Shown: piece by piece, positions 12,845 through 24,084 of the stretch
How positions within the stretch are numbered: the stretch's first letter is position 1
How the letters are laid out: every line of letters begins with the position of its first letter
Source of the DNA: Tubulanus polymorphus
Taxonomy: Eukaryota > Animalia > Nemertea
DNA: 64,000 nucleotides
Direction of reading: 5' to 3'
Assembly: GCF_964204645.1 (NCBI RefSeq)
Contig: NC_134033.1
Coordinates: 3,740,131-3,804,130, forward strand
Program-made: the position numbers and the translations under genes
The notes under the pieces: generated by a model
The model's input: only the letters and a program-made list of their open reading frames with translations
Database searches by the model: none
Told to the model about the DNA's origin: nothing

Positions 12845-13870
12845 ATGAAAGTCGAACAAGTGAAGAATTGTATTTTCTCCGAGTGGTACCAGACGTTTTC
12901 GGCGGTGACCGTAAAAAGCGTCGCCATTCCCCTGCCCCAGGACGTGGTGCGTTACCTGCTGGCGGACGGCATCGTTCTGCCCGAGGGCTCCGACCACGGC
13001 TGCTGCAACAACAACAAAAACTGCCATTCAGATTCAGACGACGATGAAATAAATTGGGACAACAACGCGACGAGCGGCCGCACGGCGCTCGTTCCGAAAT
13101 TCAGCCCCGAATTCGAAAACCGGGTCGAATCGGCGCTGAAAAAACTCGGCGGCGCCGTCTTCCCGAAACTGAACTGGAGCGCGCCGAAAGACGCTGCCTG
13201 GGTCGCTACTGGTAACACGCTGCAATGCCGGTCGCTCGGCGATATTTTGCTATTGTTGAAATCGTCGGATTTCGTCGCGCACGATCTGACCGTTCCGTTC
13301 GAGCGCTGCACTGACATCGGCGAGGACCTGAACGACGACCGGACCGCGGCCCGATACGAACTCGTGTTGCGTAAATGGACAACAATCGCGCAGTCGTCCG
13401 AATTCCGATGTTTCGTCAAAAATGGGAAAATAATCGCGATTTCGCAGCGTTACTTCGCGGTCTATTTTCCGTTTTTGCTCGCCGACAAAACGCGCATCGT
13501 TGACGATATCGTGAAATTCCACCGGGCGGCGATCGGCGGTCGTTTCCGCGACGACGCGTACGCGATGGACGTTTATCGCCGCGACGACGGCTCGGTGCGT
13601 CTGCTCGATTTCAACCCATTCGGCGAAACGACCGATTCGTTGTTGTTCGACTGGACGGAGCTTCGCGAATCGGACGCGGACTCGGAACCGGAATTCCGGT
13701 GCGTCGAACGCGAGAGCGGCGTCCAACCGAACGAGTTTCACCCGTACGCCGTGCCGAAGGATTTCGTCGATTTGTCGCGCGGCGAGGACCCGTTTAAATT
13801 GATGGATTTGATGAAATTGCGCGAGGCGTCTGCCGAGGCGTCCGATAGTTCGTCCGACGAAGAAGAATGA
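12845..13870 (+). CDS. CDC123: Cell division cycle protein 123 (ATP-grasp eIF2 assembly factor), intronless CDS
   Basis: 341-aa ORF with D123-family motifs: C.FSEWY, VFPKLNWSAPKDAAW, LLLKSSDFVAHDL, LVLRKW, EFRCFVK..IAISQR, DFNPFGETTDSLLFDW. AATAAA at 13913. Confidence 0.96.
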   Translation: MKVEQVKNCIFSEWYQTFSAVTVKSVAIPLPQDVVRYLLADGIVLPEGSDHGCCNNNKNCHSDSDDDEINWDNNATSGRTALVPKFSPEFENRVESALKKLGGAVFPKLNWSAPKDAAWVATGNTLQCRSLGDILLLLKSSDFVAHDLTVPFERCTDIGEDLNDDRTAARYELVLRKWTTIAQSSEFRCFVKNGKIIAISQRYFAVYFPFLLADKTRIVDDIVKFHRAAIGGRFRDDAYAMDVYRRDDGSVRLLDFNPFGETTDSLLFDWTELRESDADSEPEFRCVERESGVQPNEFHPYAVPKDFVDLSRGEDPFKLMDLMKLREASAEASDSSSDEEE

Positions 13871-14762
13871 TACAAAATTCCGACTTACGATTGAAAATAT
13901 TCGTTTATTTTGAATAAAATATCGCGGTATTGTTTTAAAAAGGTTGATTTCGTAGCAATTTTTTTTAAATTTGGGGCCTGGTTTCATAGTTCTGATTCTA
14001 ACCCGTACTTTTTGGCAAGGCCATGTTATCGATCTCCCTGTTAGGCCGAGGTCATAATCTTGATGCCTAAACAAAAATTAGACGGGCAAGATAAAATTAA
14101 AAAGGCGCAAGCCGTATCGTGAACTTGTCCATCAGGGATGCCAGTCTGAATACAGTCGTCGTTACCGGTTGTTTGTGGAACGGCGACTATATACTAGACT
14201 AGGATGCCAGTCTGCTTTTCAGAGAGCTACTTCTTCAAACATTTTGAATAGTTTCACATGAAGTTCTGGTCCTATTTAACAGTTTTTAATCCTGTGGTTT
14301 TATATTACTTTTTTTATTATTCCGGCCAGAATAAATCGCATTTTTAAATTTTGCCGTCATAGACGTTGTTCTAAGTGCACTAAAACTAAAAGTAACCAAA
14401 AATGCAGGGTAATTCATCTTAAAGCTTAATCTAAATTTATCAGACGATTTCTTGATCTTAAATGATATCGGTTAATATCGAATGGAATTCAGTTAATTTT
14501 TGTTCAATCTATTTTAAATTGGATTGCATTTGTTAGCGTGTACCGTTCGGTGCTGCCATCTTTGTTTACTATCTTTTCCGGGTTTCCTGGGTTTCCCCCA
14601 CAGTTTGACAGTTCGAAGTATGGGGAAATTTTATAGATTGTAGAGACGATGAGTAGGTCATTTACGACTAGTAGTAGACCTGTAGGGGTAACCCGAGCGG
14701 GCCGAGGACGAGGGGCAGGTACTATTGAGACAAAAAAACCAGCAAATCGTCAAAATAGAACG

Positions 14763-17597
14763 ATGAATTATCCAGCTGGTGGGGGTTACGGCGGTAGACC
14801 AGCCGGAGCTGGACAGTCAGGGCCAGCAAGTCGAGGCGGAATCGTGGGGACAGGGATGCCCCGAGACCCGAATACCAACATTCCACAAAACCAGCAACAA
14901 AATAATGAACGAAAGCTTGAGTAGTAAGTATTGTATTAATTATCCATGGCGGTAGTTCATCTATTCAGCAGACCCCCCTCTTCGTCTAATTTTACTAATA
15001 TCTCTTCACTACAACGGGCACTTGTCATGCTTGCTTGAGGTTCAGAACCAAAGATTCGATACAGTTGTATCCTTGGAGTTTTTTTTTCTATTTTTGACAG
15101 CTGGCTATCGCAAACCCCTGTGCGAGGGCCCGGATTTTGATTAAGTAAGATATAAATTTATGGTTAAAGCCTAAAATGGTTGAATGAATTGAAGATTTCA
15201 GCTCATTTACGCCGACAAACAATTTGGATGATTTTTGAAAAAAATTGCGTCACACTTTTCTAAGTCAATGGAAGTCTAAGCCATGGCTATATGGAACTTA
15301 CCCTGAATGCCAGACGTTGTTACGATCCCGTACAACGTTGGGCTAGATACTAGAGACTATATGGAACTGGTCCTTGGAGACTAGCTGTAATCGGAGGATT
15401 TTCAAACTTTAAGTGCCTGCCATGTAAATCACTTATTGATCGTCGATATGGCGTGTAGCCAAGTTGAATAAAACCTTGCAGCTGCAATACTATAGGTCTG
15501 TAGTAGGCCCGATGGTTTTCTTGTATTAATTCAAGCGAAAACTATCCTGGTCAATGTTCTGTTTTCAGTCGAGGAGGTTATTCGATGATGGCTCCCGACG
15601 AAAAGAAACGATCGCAAATCGAAAGACGTAAGAAAAATACAAGAAAAAACAGTGATTTTGCCAATAAACTCACCTCGCTCGAGGCCTTAAATTTTTTTAT
15701 CTTTTCTTCAGAGGCGCAAAAAGAAGCCGATAACTACGAGAGATATAAAGACAACAACCGCGTACAACACGTGAACTACGTAGGAACGGTCGGTGAGTGT
15801 GAAAATTTCAAATGTTCTCGGTTCCTGAACCTCGATAAGTCAGGGCTGAGGGTATTTCAAACATTTTTTCCCTCAACCTACTCGGGGCATTATTAGCGGA
15901 TTTGAGGTTTCTTTTCCCCCTCAACCCGCGGAGCACCGTTCAGGGCATTATTAGCAGATTTGAGATTTATTTTCTCCTAAACCTGCTGAGCACTACGACT
16001 CGGGGCATTATAAGCGGATTTGATGGTTTTTCCCTCAATCCACCGAGCGCCATTCAGGGCATTATTAGCGGATTTGAGGTTTATTTTCCTGTAAACCCAC
16101 TGAGCATTGCTCAGGGCATTATTAGCGGATTTGAGGATTGTTTCCCTCAACCCGCTGAGTGCCAATCTTTTTGCCTTCTATGCTGAAAACAGAAGCCAGC
16201 AAAAAATGGATTGACGGTTTGGGTCACTCGTGACCACTGCGTTCTGATCCGATGTCCGAATGCGAATTTCAGGCGGTGGAGAATTAACAGAAGTCGAGGC
16301 CAGACAGAAAACTTTGCAGAGTCAACTCAACCGGAGACAAATCGCTGTAAGTTTTTTTCTAAGATTCATCGTAGAGGAGCCTGGTGTTAACCGGGTTTAG
16401 AATGTATTACAAGACTAGCAGTACTATATAGGTTAACTATTTATTAGACGCACGAGCTTTCGCTACTAATGTATAGAATCTTTATCAGGTGATTGAGTCA
16501 TTCACCTGATGAAGCTTCTATACGTTAGTAGCGAAACATCGTGCATCGAATCTTTAGCGACAAAAAGTTTGTCGCTAAAGATTCGATTATTGTTGAATTT
16601 CACCGGTTCGTTCTACTTCTTGGTTCAGGAGAAATCGCGGCAATACCGAGCGGAGACGCGACGTCGAGAGGAGCAAGAGAATGAAATGCGCAAAGCAGAC
16701 GGACGACGCAAGGTCAGTGGAGAAAATATCAATTGACAACAAATTTTGTAAATTGATAGATTGTAGATTGATGGGAATTAATTGGTTATATAGTCATTTT
16801 GATCATAAGTTGTGTTAGAACATTCTTTTGCCTGACGATTTTCCAGGCAGATGATAATAAAATACGGGAACAGCAAAGACAGGACTCTTTAAAGAACGAC
16901 CATGAAAGGTAAATAACGATCATGTGAATTTTTGCCTAAAAGAGTTGTAGGACAAAATTTACAGGAATTACGGAACAAAACTTAAAGTAGCTACGGTAGG
17001 ACAAAACTTGGAGGAGTTGTAGGACAAAGTAAAAAGGAGATTTTGGGCAAAACTTACAGGAATTATGGAGCAAAATTAAAAGCAGTTATAGGGCAAAACT
17101 TGGGGGAGTTGTAGGACTAAGTTAAGATGAGATTTTGGGCAAAACTTACAGAAATTATAGAACAAAACTTAAAGCAGCTATAAGACAAAACTTGGAGGAG
17201 TTGTAGTAGGACAAAGTAAAAAGGAGATTTTGGGCAAAACTTACAGAAATTATGGAGCAAAATTAAAAGCAGTTATAGGGCAAAACTTGGAGGAGTTGTA
17301 GGACTAAGTTAAGAGGAGATTTTGGGCAAAACTTACAGAAATTATAGAACAAAACATAAAGCAGCTATAGGACAAAACTTGGAGGAGTTGTAGGAAGTTT
17401 AGATGAGTTTTAGGGCAAAATTTAAAGAAAAGTTGAAGGGTTGTTACTTGTAGATGTTGACGCTACTGTATGTGTCTAAAACTCTTCTTTCTTACCCATC
17501 CCGGTGTAAACAATTCATAAGAAGTTTTGCGTATTTTTTTATTAGGAAAAACGAAGCCTTTCTGCGGCGACTGGAACAACAGCAAAACAGGAGATAG
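14763..17597 (+). CDS. EPSTI1: EPSTI1-like (epithelial-stromal interaction protein 1) coiled-coil protein, 7 exons
   Basis: In-frame GT-AG exons: 14763 (or upstream ATG 14649)-14923, 15569-15627, 15712-15792, 16273-16346, 16629-16712, 16847-16908, 17546-17597. Product ...GGYSMMAPDEKKRSQIERQAQKEADNYERYK...VGTVGGGELTEVEARQK...RREEQENEMRKADGRRKA...NEAFLRRLEQ resembles the EPSTI1 pattern as recalled. The splice model is strong; the name is moderately certain. Confidence 0.75.
15830..16160. repeat. ~57-bp degenerate intronic tandem repeat
   Basis: gggcattattagcggatttgagg recurs at ~57-bp spacing. Confidence 0.8.
16940..17420. repeat. Intronic satellite with ~23-bp subunits in ~92-bp higher-order units
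   Basis: ggaggagttgtaggac recurs about every 92 bp and caaaactt about every 23 bp. Confidence 0.8.
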
Positions 17598-18029
17598 ATA
17601 CGAAGTAACATCCCATACAGCTGCTTACATACAGCTGATAATTGAGATTTAGTGACAGGTGACAGGATGACTGAGGTTCCTTTAAAAACATAATCACGTT
17701 TGATCGAATGATTTTATTGTAAATAAACACGTTTTAAGATATAAATATATATATCTAAAATAATAATTTATTGACATTTTTTGTGTTTAATGATTTATTT
17801 ATGGTGAGTGGTTGCTCGAGTTCGAAAATGGTTTTAAAAATGTTGGTGTTCATGTGAATTTTGAATGTAACATCCATCGGAATGATTGTTACTATACCGG
17901 CGTATATTGTGGGTGACTATCGCGGTAAAATTTTTGACTTTATTTCCGTTCATTATGCGCCTAAACTGGTTAAACGTAATCTTCACCTACAATACTTTAT
18001 TTTCGAGCCGAAATGTTCGCAGGCACTTA

Positions 18030-18650
18030 ACTTGGGATGCTATTTGTGCGCCGAAAACGGCCACGTGACGAGCAGGTTTCCGTTGAAGGTAGTAAGAAAT
18101 AAAAAAATATGCTTCGTGTGTTTGCTACGGAAGCCCCTAGGTGACATACAAGATAATTTTGTCACATTTTTAACTAATTATGTCGAAATTCGAGTTTTTT
18201 TTTTTCATATTGAATTTCGACTTAATTATGACGAATTTTGTGTTATTTTCATGTAGACTTATTATCTCGAAATTCGACGTATTAACTCGAATTTCGACAT
18301 TAAGTATCGAATAAGTCGAATTTCGATACAATTAACTCCAAATTCGACTTATTATGTCGAATTTCGAGATAATAAGCCGAAATTCGACATAATAAGTCGA
18401 AATTGTGAAAAATATCTCGTATGTCACCTAGGGGCTTGCGGAGTTTGCTCCCCGGTCATGGGAGTGCGAATTGCCGTTCGAGGGGCTGCACAATATGTAA
18501 CAGAAAGCATCATGTTGCGCTACATCGAGAAATGAAGAAATCGCGAAAAAGCACAATCATATCGGACGCGGTGTCCGGTGTCGCAGTCCGGGGCGTAAAG
18601 TTGAGAAAGGTATTTGGTAATGCCCGCTACTGCACACTCGTGGAGTGAAG
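18030..18650 (+). mobile_element. Degenerate BEL/Pao LTR-retrotransposon gag zinc-knuckle fragment, interrupted by a MITE
   Basis: Removing 18126-18448 (element plus one TSD) restores the in-frame peptide CYLCAENGH...NKKICFVCLLPGHGSANCRSRGCTICNRKHHVALH, the triple-knuckle pattern typical of BEL/Pao Gag. Confidence 0.7.
18126..18442. mobile_element. IS3EU-like non-autonomous foldback element
   Basis: TIRs TACGGAAGCCCCTAGGTGACATAC / GTATGTCACCTAGGGGCTTGCGGA, a 6-bp TSD GTTTGC on both sides, and internal tcgaaattcgac repeats. Sister copy at 39259-39801. Confidence 0.8.
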
Positions 18651-18651
18651 T

Positions 18652-21228
18652 CAATCTTAAGAATCAGCAGAACATGGCGTCACAAGCCCCGGGGCTTGTC
18701 ACGCCATATCTGACATGGCGTCACAAGCCCCGAGTAAAATGCAGACTATATATAATTCACGCGGAACGAAGATATATGTTCGCGTCGAACGGACCACGTT
18801 TTTAAGTCCGATACGACGTGTAAAACCTGAATGAGATAATTTCAAGTACCGGTATGTCAATGTGTAATGAATTTCTATTTTTTCTTAACTTATTGTCTAA
18901 ATATATACTTACTAAATATTGTCTAAATATAATAACGTTATATTGTAGTATTCCGTTCAGTGCAACCACTTTGAAAGAAAATTATATCCCGTTTTTACTT
19001 CATAACTATATTCAGATGCATATATATCGAAAGATTTTTATGTAAAATTCTTCGAATATGTTTTTTACAGGTTTCCGTTATGGTGCGAGACGATCAGGAG
19101 ATCATCAGCTACATTTACATAAGCGATTTTGTATATTTTTACATATGAACAAAATAGAAACAACGATTTATAAACCTATTTCTAAGACTTAATGATTATT
19201 GTACTAATTCAAGATAATCAGTCACAATTTTTCATTTATTTCTACGGAAAACTGATCGGGTCCTCTCACGCCATGTAAATTGAAGCTATATTCTGTAGAC
19301 CGTTTGGGGCCTGACACGCCATATAGAAGACAAATCGCGATTTTTCTAGCAGTATTTGTTTTTTTTTCTTAGACTTTATGATTATGAACAATATATAACT
19401 AATTGAAACTAAAGATATGATTAGTGACAATTAATTGCTTCTATAGAAAACTGATCGCGTACTCTCACGCCATATTGGCGGCATAACACTTTGGGGCCTG
19501 ACACGCCATGTAGAAGACAGCGTGGTTTTAGGAGCTTTTTGTAACAGTATTTGCTTTTTTTTCTAAGACTAAATAATTGACAAATCATATAGAAGGATTA
19601 ATCTTTGAACATTTAAGACAATTAGTGACAATTATTCATTTGTTTGTACGGAAAAATCGTTCGGGTCTTCTCACGCCATGTCTCAATTGAAGCTATTCGG
19701 CAGACCGTTTGGGGCCTGACACGCCATGTAGAAGACAGCGTGATTTTAGGAGCTTTTTGAAACAATATTTGCCTTTTGTTCTGAGTCTAAATGATTGACA
19801 ATCCACGTAGAATGATAAATCTTTGAATATTTATGATAATCAATGACAATTATTCATTTGTTTGTACGGAAAATCGTTCGGGTCCTCTCACGCCATGTCT
19901 CAATTGAAGTTATTCTGCAGACCGTTTGGGGCTTGACACGCCATGTAGAAGACAGCGTGATTTTAGGAGCTTTTTGAAACAATATTTGCCTTTTTTCTAA
20001 GTCTAAATGATTGACAAACCATGTAGAATGATAAATCTTTGAATATTTATGATAATTAGTGACAATTATTCATTTGTTTGTACGGAAAATCGTTCGGGTC
20101 CTCTCACGCCATATCTCAATTGAAGCTATTCTGCAGACCGTTTGGGGCCTGACACGCCATATTGGTTGCAGACCGTTTGGGGCCTGACACGCCATGTAGA
20201 AGACAGCGTGATTTGAGGAGCTATTTTTGAAACAATATTTGCTTTCTTTCTAAGTCTAAATGATTGACAAACCATGTAGAATGATAAATCTTTGAATATT
20301 TATGATAATCAGTGACAATTATAGGAAAACTGATCGGGTCCTCTCACGCCATGTTTCAATTGAAGCTATTCTGCAGACCATTTGGGGCCTGACACGCCAT
20401 ATTGGCTGCAGAACATTCGGGGCTTGACACGCCATATAGAAGACAAATCGCGGTTTTTCTAGCAGTATTTGTTTTGTGATTATCAAATCATGAACAATAT
20501 ATAACTAATTGAAACTAAAGATATAATTTAATTGCTTCCATAGAAAACCGTTCGACAAACCATGTTTCAATTATTGAAGCTATTCTGCAGACAATTTGGG
20601 GCTTGACACGCCATATTGGCTGCAGAACATTTGGGGCCTGACACGCCATGTAGAAGGCTTAGCGATTTTAGGAGCCATATGACTGCAGATCACACTAGAT
20701 TGGAGCCTGGCTCACCATATATGTTTTTCTAACATTATCCATGTTCTTCTAAGACTAATTGATCAACAAATCATGTAAAATAGATGAATGATTCATTGAA
20801 ATGTAAGATAGTTAATTAAAATCTTTATTCTGTAAACTCATTCAGTAGATATATATGTAATGTTTTTGTATTTTTCATATGCTGGCGAAATATATGATTG
20901 TTTAAATTGTGTTTCAAAATGTGTGTACACTGCATTAGATTAACAAACAACGATCAATTTCTATTCTGTAAAACTCATTTTAGTGTAAATGCGATGTAAT
21001 ATGTAGTTCTTATTATGTATATATAATACGTTGTAAATCATCTAAGACAAATTAATATCCAACCGAATATTTCAACTTCGGAAGAAAAACCGCGAGACTT
21101 AGTCGACGTTTCATCTCATGCATAGGATTTGATTTTCATTTTACGTTTACCACATGGCGTGTCAAGCCCCAATATGGCGTGACAAGCCTCGGGGCTTGTG
21201 ACGCCATATGCAGCAGGTCTTAAGATTG
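18652..21228. mobile_element. 2.6-kb non-autonomous TIR element with internal ~217-bp satellite
   Basis: Left end caatcttaaga...atggcgtcacaagccccggggcttgtcacgccatat is the inverse of right end atatggcgtgacaagcctcggggcttgtgacgccat...tcttaagattg. The interior (19240-20720) repeats ttggggcctgacacgccat. No ORF and no clear TSD. Confidence 0.75.
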
Positions 21229-21347
21229 CCCTAGATGCCTAAATTTACCGTAGTTTTCATTACGGGAGTGCATCGTGAGTGGATCGGAACCATGATGGCG
21301 GGATTCAGGGCAACCTAAGTGCTAGTCAGACTTCATCGGCTGGCAAC

Positions 21348-22241
21348 ATGAACGAACTTGAATACAGCAACGCTTACCGCTCATTCCGATGCTTCGCTAG
21401 TAATTCGATTTCAGGACCTATAAGACTGGCCGAGGCATTGCGTATATGCGATACCGATATACCTAGAGGCGATCCCGTTAGTGGATTGAGGGTGTTGGCG
21501 ATCGGCGCGGGTCACGGAAATCTACTAGAAGAAACTCTAGGCGCGGTCGGCGATGAAGTAAAGGTAGATCGTTTGGACTGTGTGGAACCGAACAGTGTTA
21601 TGATGATAGAACTGCAGACTCGTATGAGTTTACTCGCTAGTAAGTACAACTTCGAGTATAAACTGTATCAACGACCGTTTACCAGAGAAAGCGCGGCGTC
21701 TTTTCTACCGAACGATTTCTACGATTTGTTGATATTTTCGCACGTATTTTATTATTTCGACGATCCAGCTAGCGAGTTGGAATTCGGTATGTATCGATTA
21801 ACCCGCAAACACGGGCGCGCGTTCGTCCATATGGACACTGAGAACACGATAGCCAAAATAACGCGGGACATCAATCGATGCTTAGGACGCACTGAACGTG
21901 ATATTCCCCATGTAAAATTCGACGTACCTAAAATGGACCTGGACGAAATTCTAACCGCGGCTAAAACGAAGACGGTTTTCAATTCGACGGATTCGGTATC
22001 GGTTGCGGTCCATCTCGCTCTCAAACCAGCTCGACCTCGTCTGAATAAATACGACGAAGAAATACGTGAAATAAACGACCAGTTGTTGTCGTTCGTGGCG
22101 CAAAGAAACGTCGCCGATTTGCCCGAAAATACGCGAGTTCAAATACAGGATATTATTCGCAAACATACCGTGGAAAGCCACGGGTTTCAGTTCATATCGG
22201 GTAAATTGGATAGTCTTTTAGTGATCAGAAACGAAGACTGA
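21348..22241 (+). CDS. Class I SAM-dependent methyltransferase, histamine N-methyltransferase-like, copy 1 (297 aa, intronless)
   Basis: Motif I VLAIGAGHG, motif II CVEPN, and [12 protein letters not shown] resembling the HNMT-like motif IV. ATG 21348 aligns with the starts of copies 2 and 3. Confidence 0.85.
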   Translation: MNELEYSNAYRSFRCFASNSISGPIRLAEALRICDTDIPRGDPVSGLRVLAIGAGHGNLLEETLGAVGDEVKVDRLDCVEPNSVMMIELQTRMSLLASKYNFEYKLYQRPFTRESAASFLPNDFYDLLIFSHVFYYFDDPASELEFGMYRLTRKHGRAFVHMDTENTIAKITRDINRCLGRTERDIPHVKFDVPKMDLDEILTAAKTKTVFNSTDSVSVAVHLALKPARPRLNKYDEEIREINDQLLSFVAQRNVADLPENTRVQIQDIIRKHTVESHGFQFISGKLDSLLVIRNED

Positions 22242-24084
22242 TTTGAGGTCAAAGTTCGGCACGAAAGCAGCCAGTCGTCCAGAAAGCTGCTACAAGTTTA
22301 AAGACTAAAGTGTATTGCATGATGTGCTTCACAAACTACGATTCATTCAACATATACAGATAAATTAATCAACTTCATGATTTTATAGTGATTCATAGTG
22401 TATATACGTACATATGCAATGTTTATCCATGTAGTTACTTGTTGCGCAGACGGTATGCTTTGGACCGAGTCAGGAACAATCAGGGTCTGGCGTCGGTTGC
22501 ACACTCATGGCTAACATTGGCTGACCAGTTAAAGACCAACTTAGTTCTCCAATCTAACAACTGAAATGATCAGTCTTGATATCTAAGGACACTATGGAAC
22601 TGGCCGTAGTGTCCAGTTCCAAAGACTCGAGACCTATGAACCGGCCATCTGTATGACGCATCAATACCAATCAGCATAACAGTACAGTACCAGGACTCAG
22701 GCCTTTCGACAAATATTTTCCTGAGTTGGTGTAAACAACTAATAATTGACCATAGAAAACATTTGCTATCTTCATTTTGAACATTTATTACTGCTTTTGT
22801 TGTAAATGGTAATTAAATATAAGATGATGCTTTAATATCCTTTTCTGTTGAAAATTTTGTGATTCGAGGTGTCTTTTATGATTCCTTTATGCTATAAATT
22901 CATTACAAACATTACATTTAATTTCATCGTTTTTCACATTTGAAATTGTTCTTTTCTTTCATTTGAATTTTCTGGTGTCTCAAAATCTATAACATTTTTT
23001 TTTAATGATTTGCAGTTTTTTCGTGTCGAGATTTTATAGATTTATCGATGTACTTTTTACAATATGGACAATAATTTTGATTTTTATTAACATCAATTTT
23101 TTCTGTCTCGTACTCACTGTCTCCCATTTATAAGGAAAAAAAAATACTAGTGGTGATGAGTGATGTGCCGACCTCTCGACCTCTGATCTGAAAGCCCACT
23201 TTTCCAATTACTTATGTATACGCACACGCAATGGGAATGATTTTTCGTAATATTTTTTTACGTAACTCCATTCCCGAAATATTGAGTGGTTATTTTACAG
23301 AGGAGAACCTCCCTAGCCCATGCATGGGTTTCAATCCACAGCCGGAACCACCCTCTTTTAAGACATTCAACATGGCTGTTAGTCAGTTTTTGAAGAATAG
23401 GTTAATTCAATCTTTAACTTTAAGATAGGCCGCCTATCTTTTAAACTTTTCCAGGCAAAATCTTATCAAAATCCATATAGAACGTTATCAATTTTCTGAA
23501 TGTAATTGATTGAACGCAAGTGACGTTTAAAAATCAATAAAATATAAGTGGCTAAAACATTTTGAAGGTATCTTTTTAAACGTGTTCTTATGTGTAAAAA
23601 AATCTTGCGCTGCGCGGACTGTTGTCTTATTAGGAAAAGGTGCCCTGAGAAATATTGCGGTTGTATTTTCAAAAGGGCGCAGGGAAATTGCGATCTAGAC
23701 GGGAGCACGTGCTGTCTTTTTCCTTCGCCTTTTCCAAAGATAATCCTTTCCTAAGACAAGTAGACCAAGAAAGTTAACTTTATCTTGATTTTCCACTAAC
23801 TTGAAAACAAATCATATCATTGTAATAAAAATGGATTATAATTGATATGTAAATAAGGATTTCAATATAATGTTAAAATCTGCAAAAGCTCTCTGCAAAC
23901 GGCTTAACACTGAAAATCCACAGTCGTCTATGGAACTGGGCGTGATAGTTCCTGACTCCGCCCAAGCATGCTATTCGGTAGGGCCCATTCTTCAGGTCCT
24001 CACAACGGGAAGTAACAATACGTCGATAAACAATATAGAATATGAACTAAATGACTTTCAAACATAGAAATGAACGATTCCCAG

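Noticed and set aside
12952-14074. 155-aa and 274-aa minus-strand ORFs
   Set aside because: Antisense shadows of the GC-rich CDC123 coding sequence, with no recognisable motifs.
21279-21347. 23-aa N-terminal extension of methyltransferase copy 1 in the ORF track
   Set aside because: It starts at GTG and has no counterpart in the paralogues. ATG 21348 gives the same 297 aa as copies 2 and 3.
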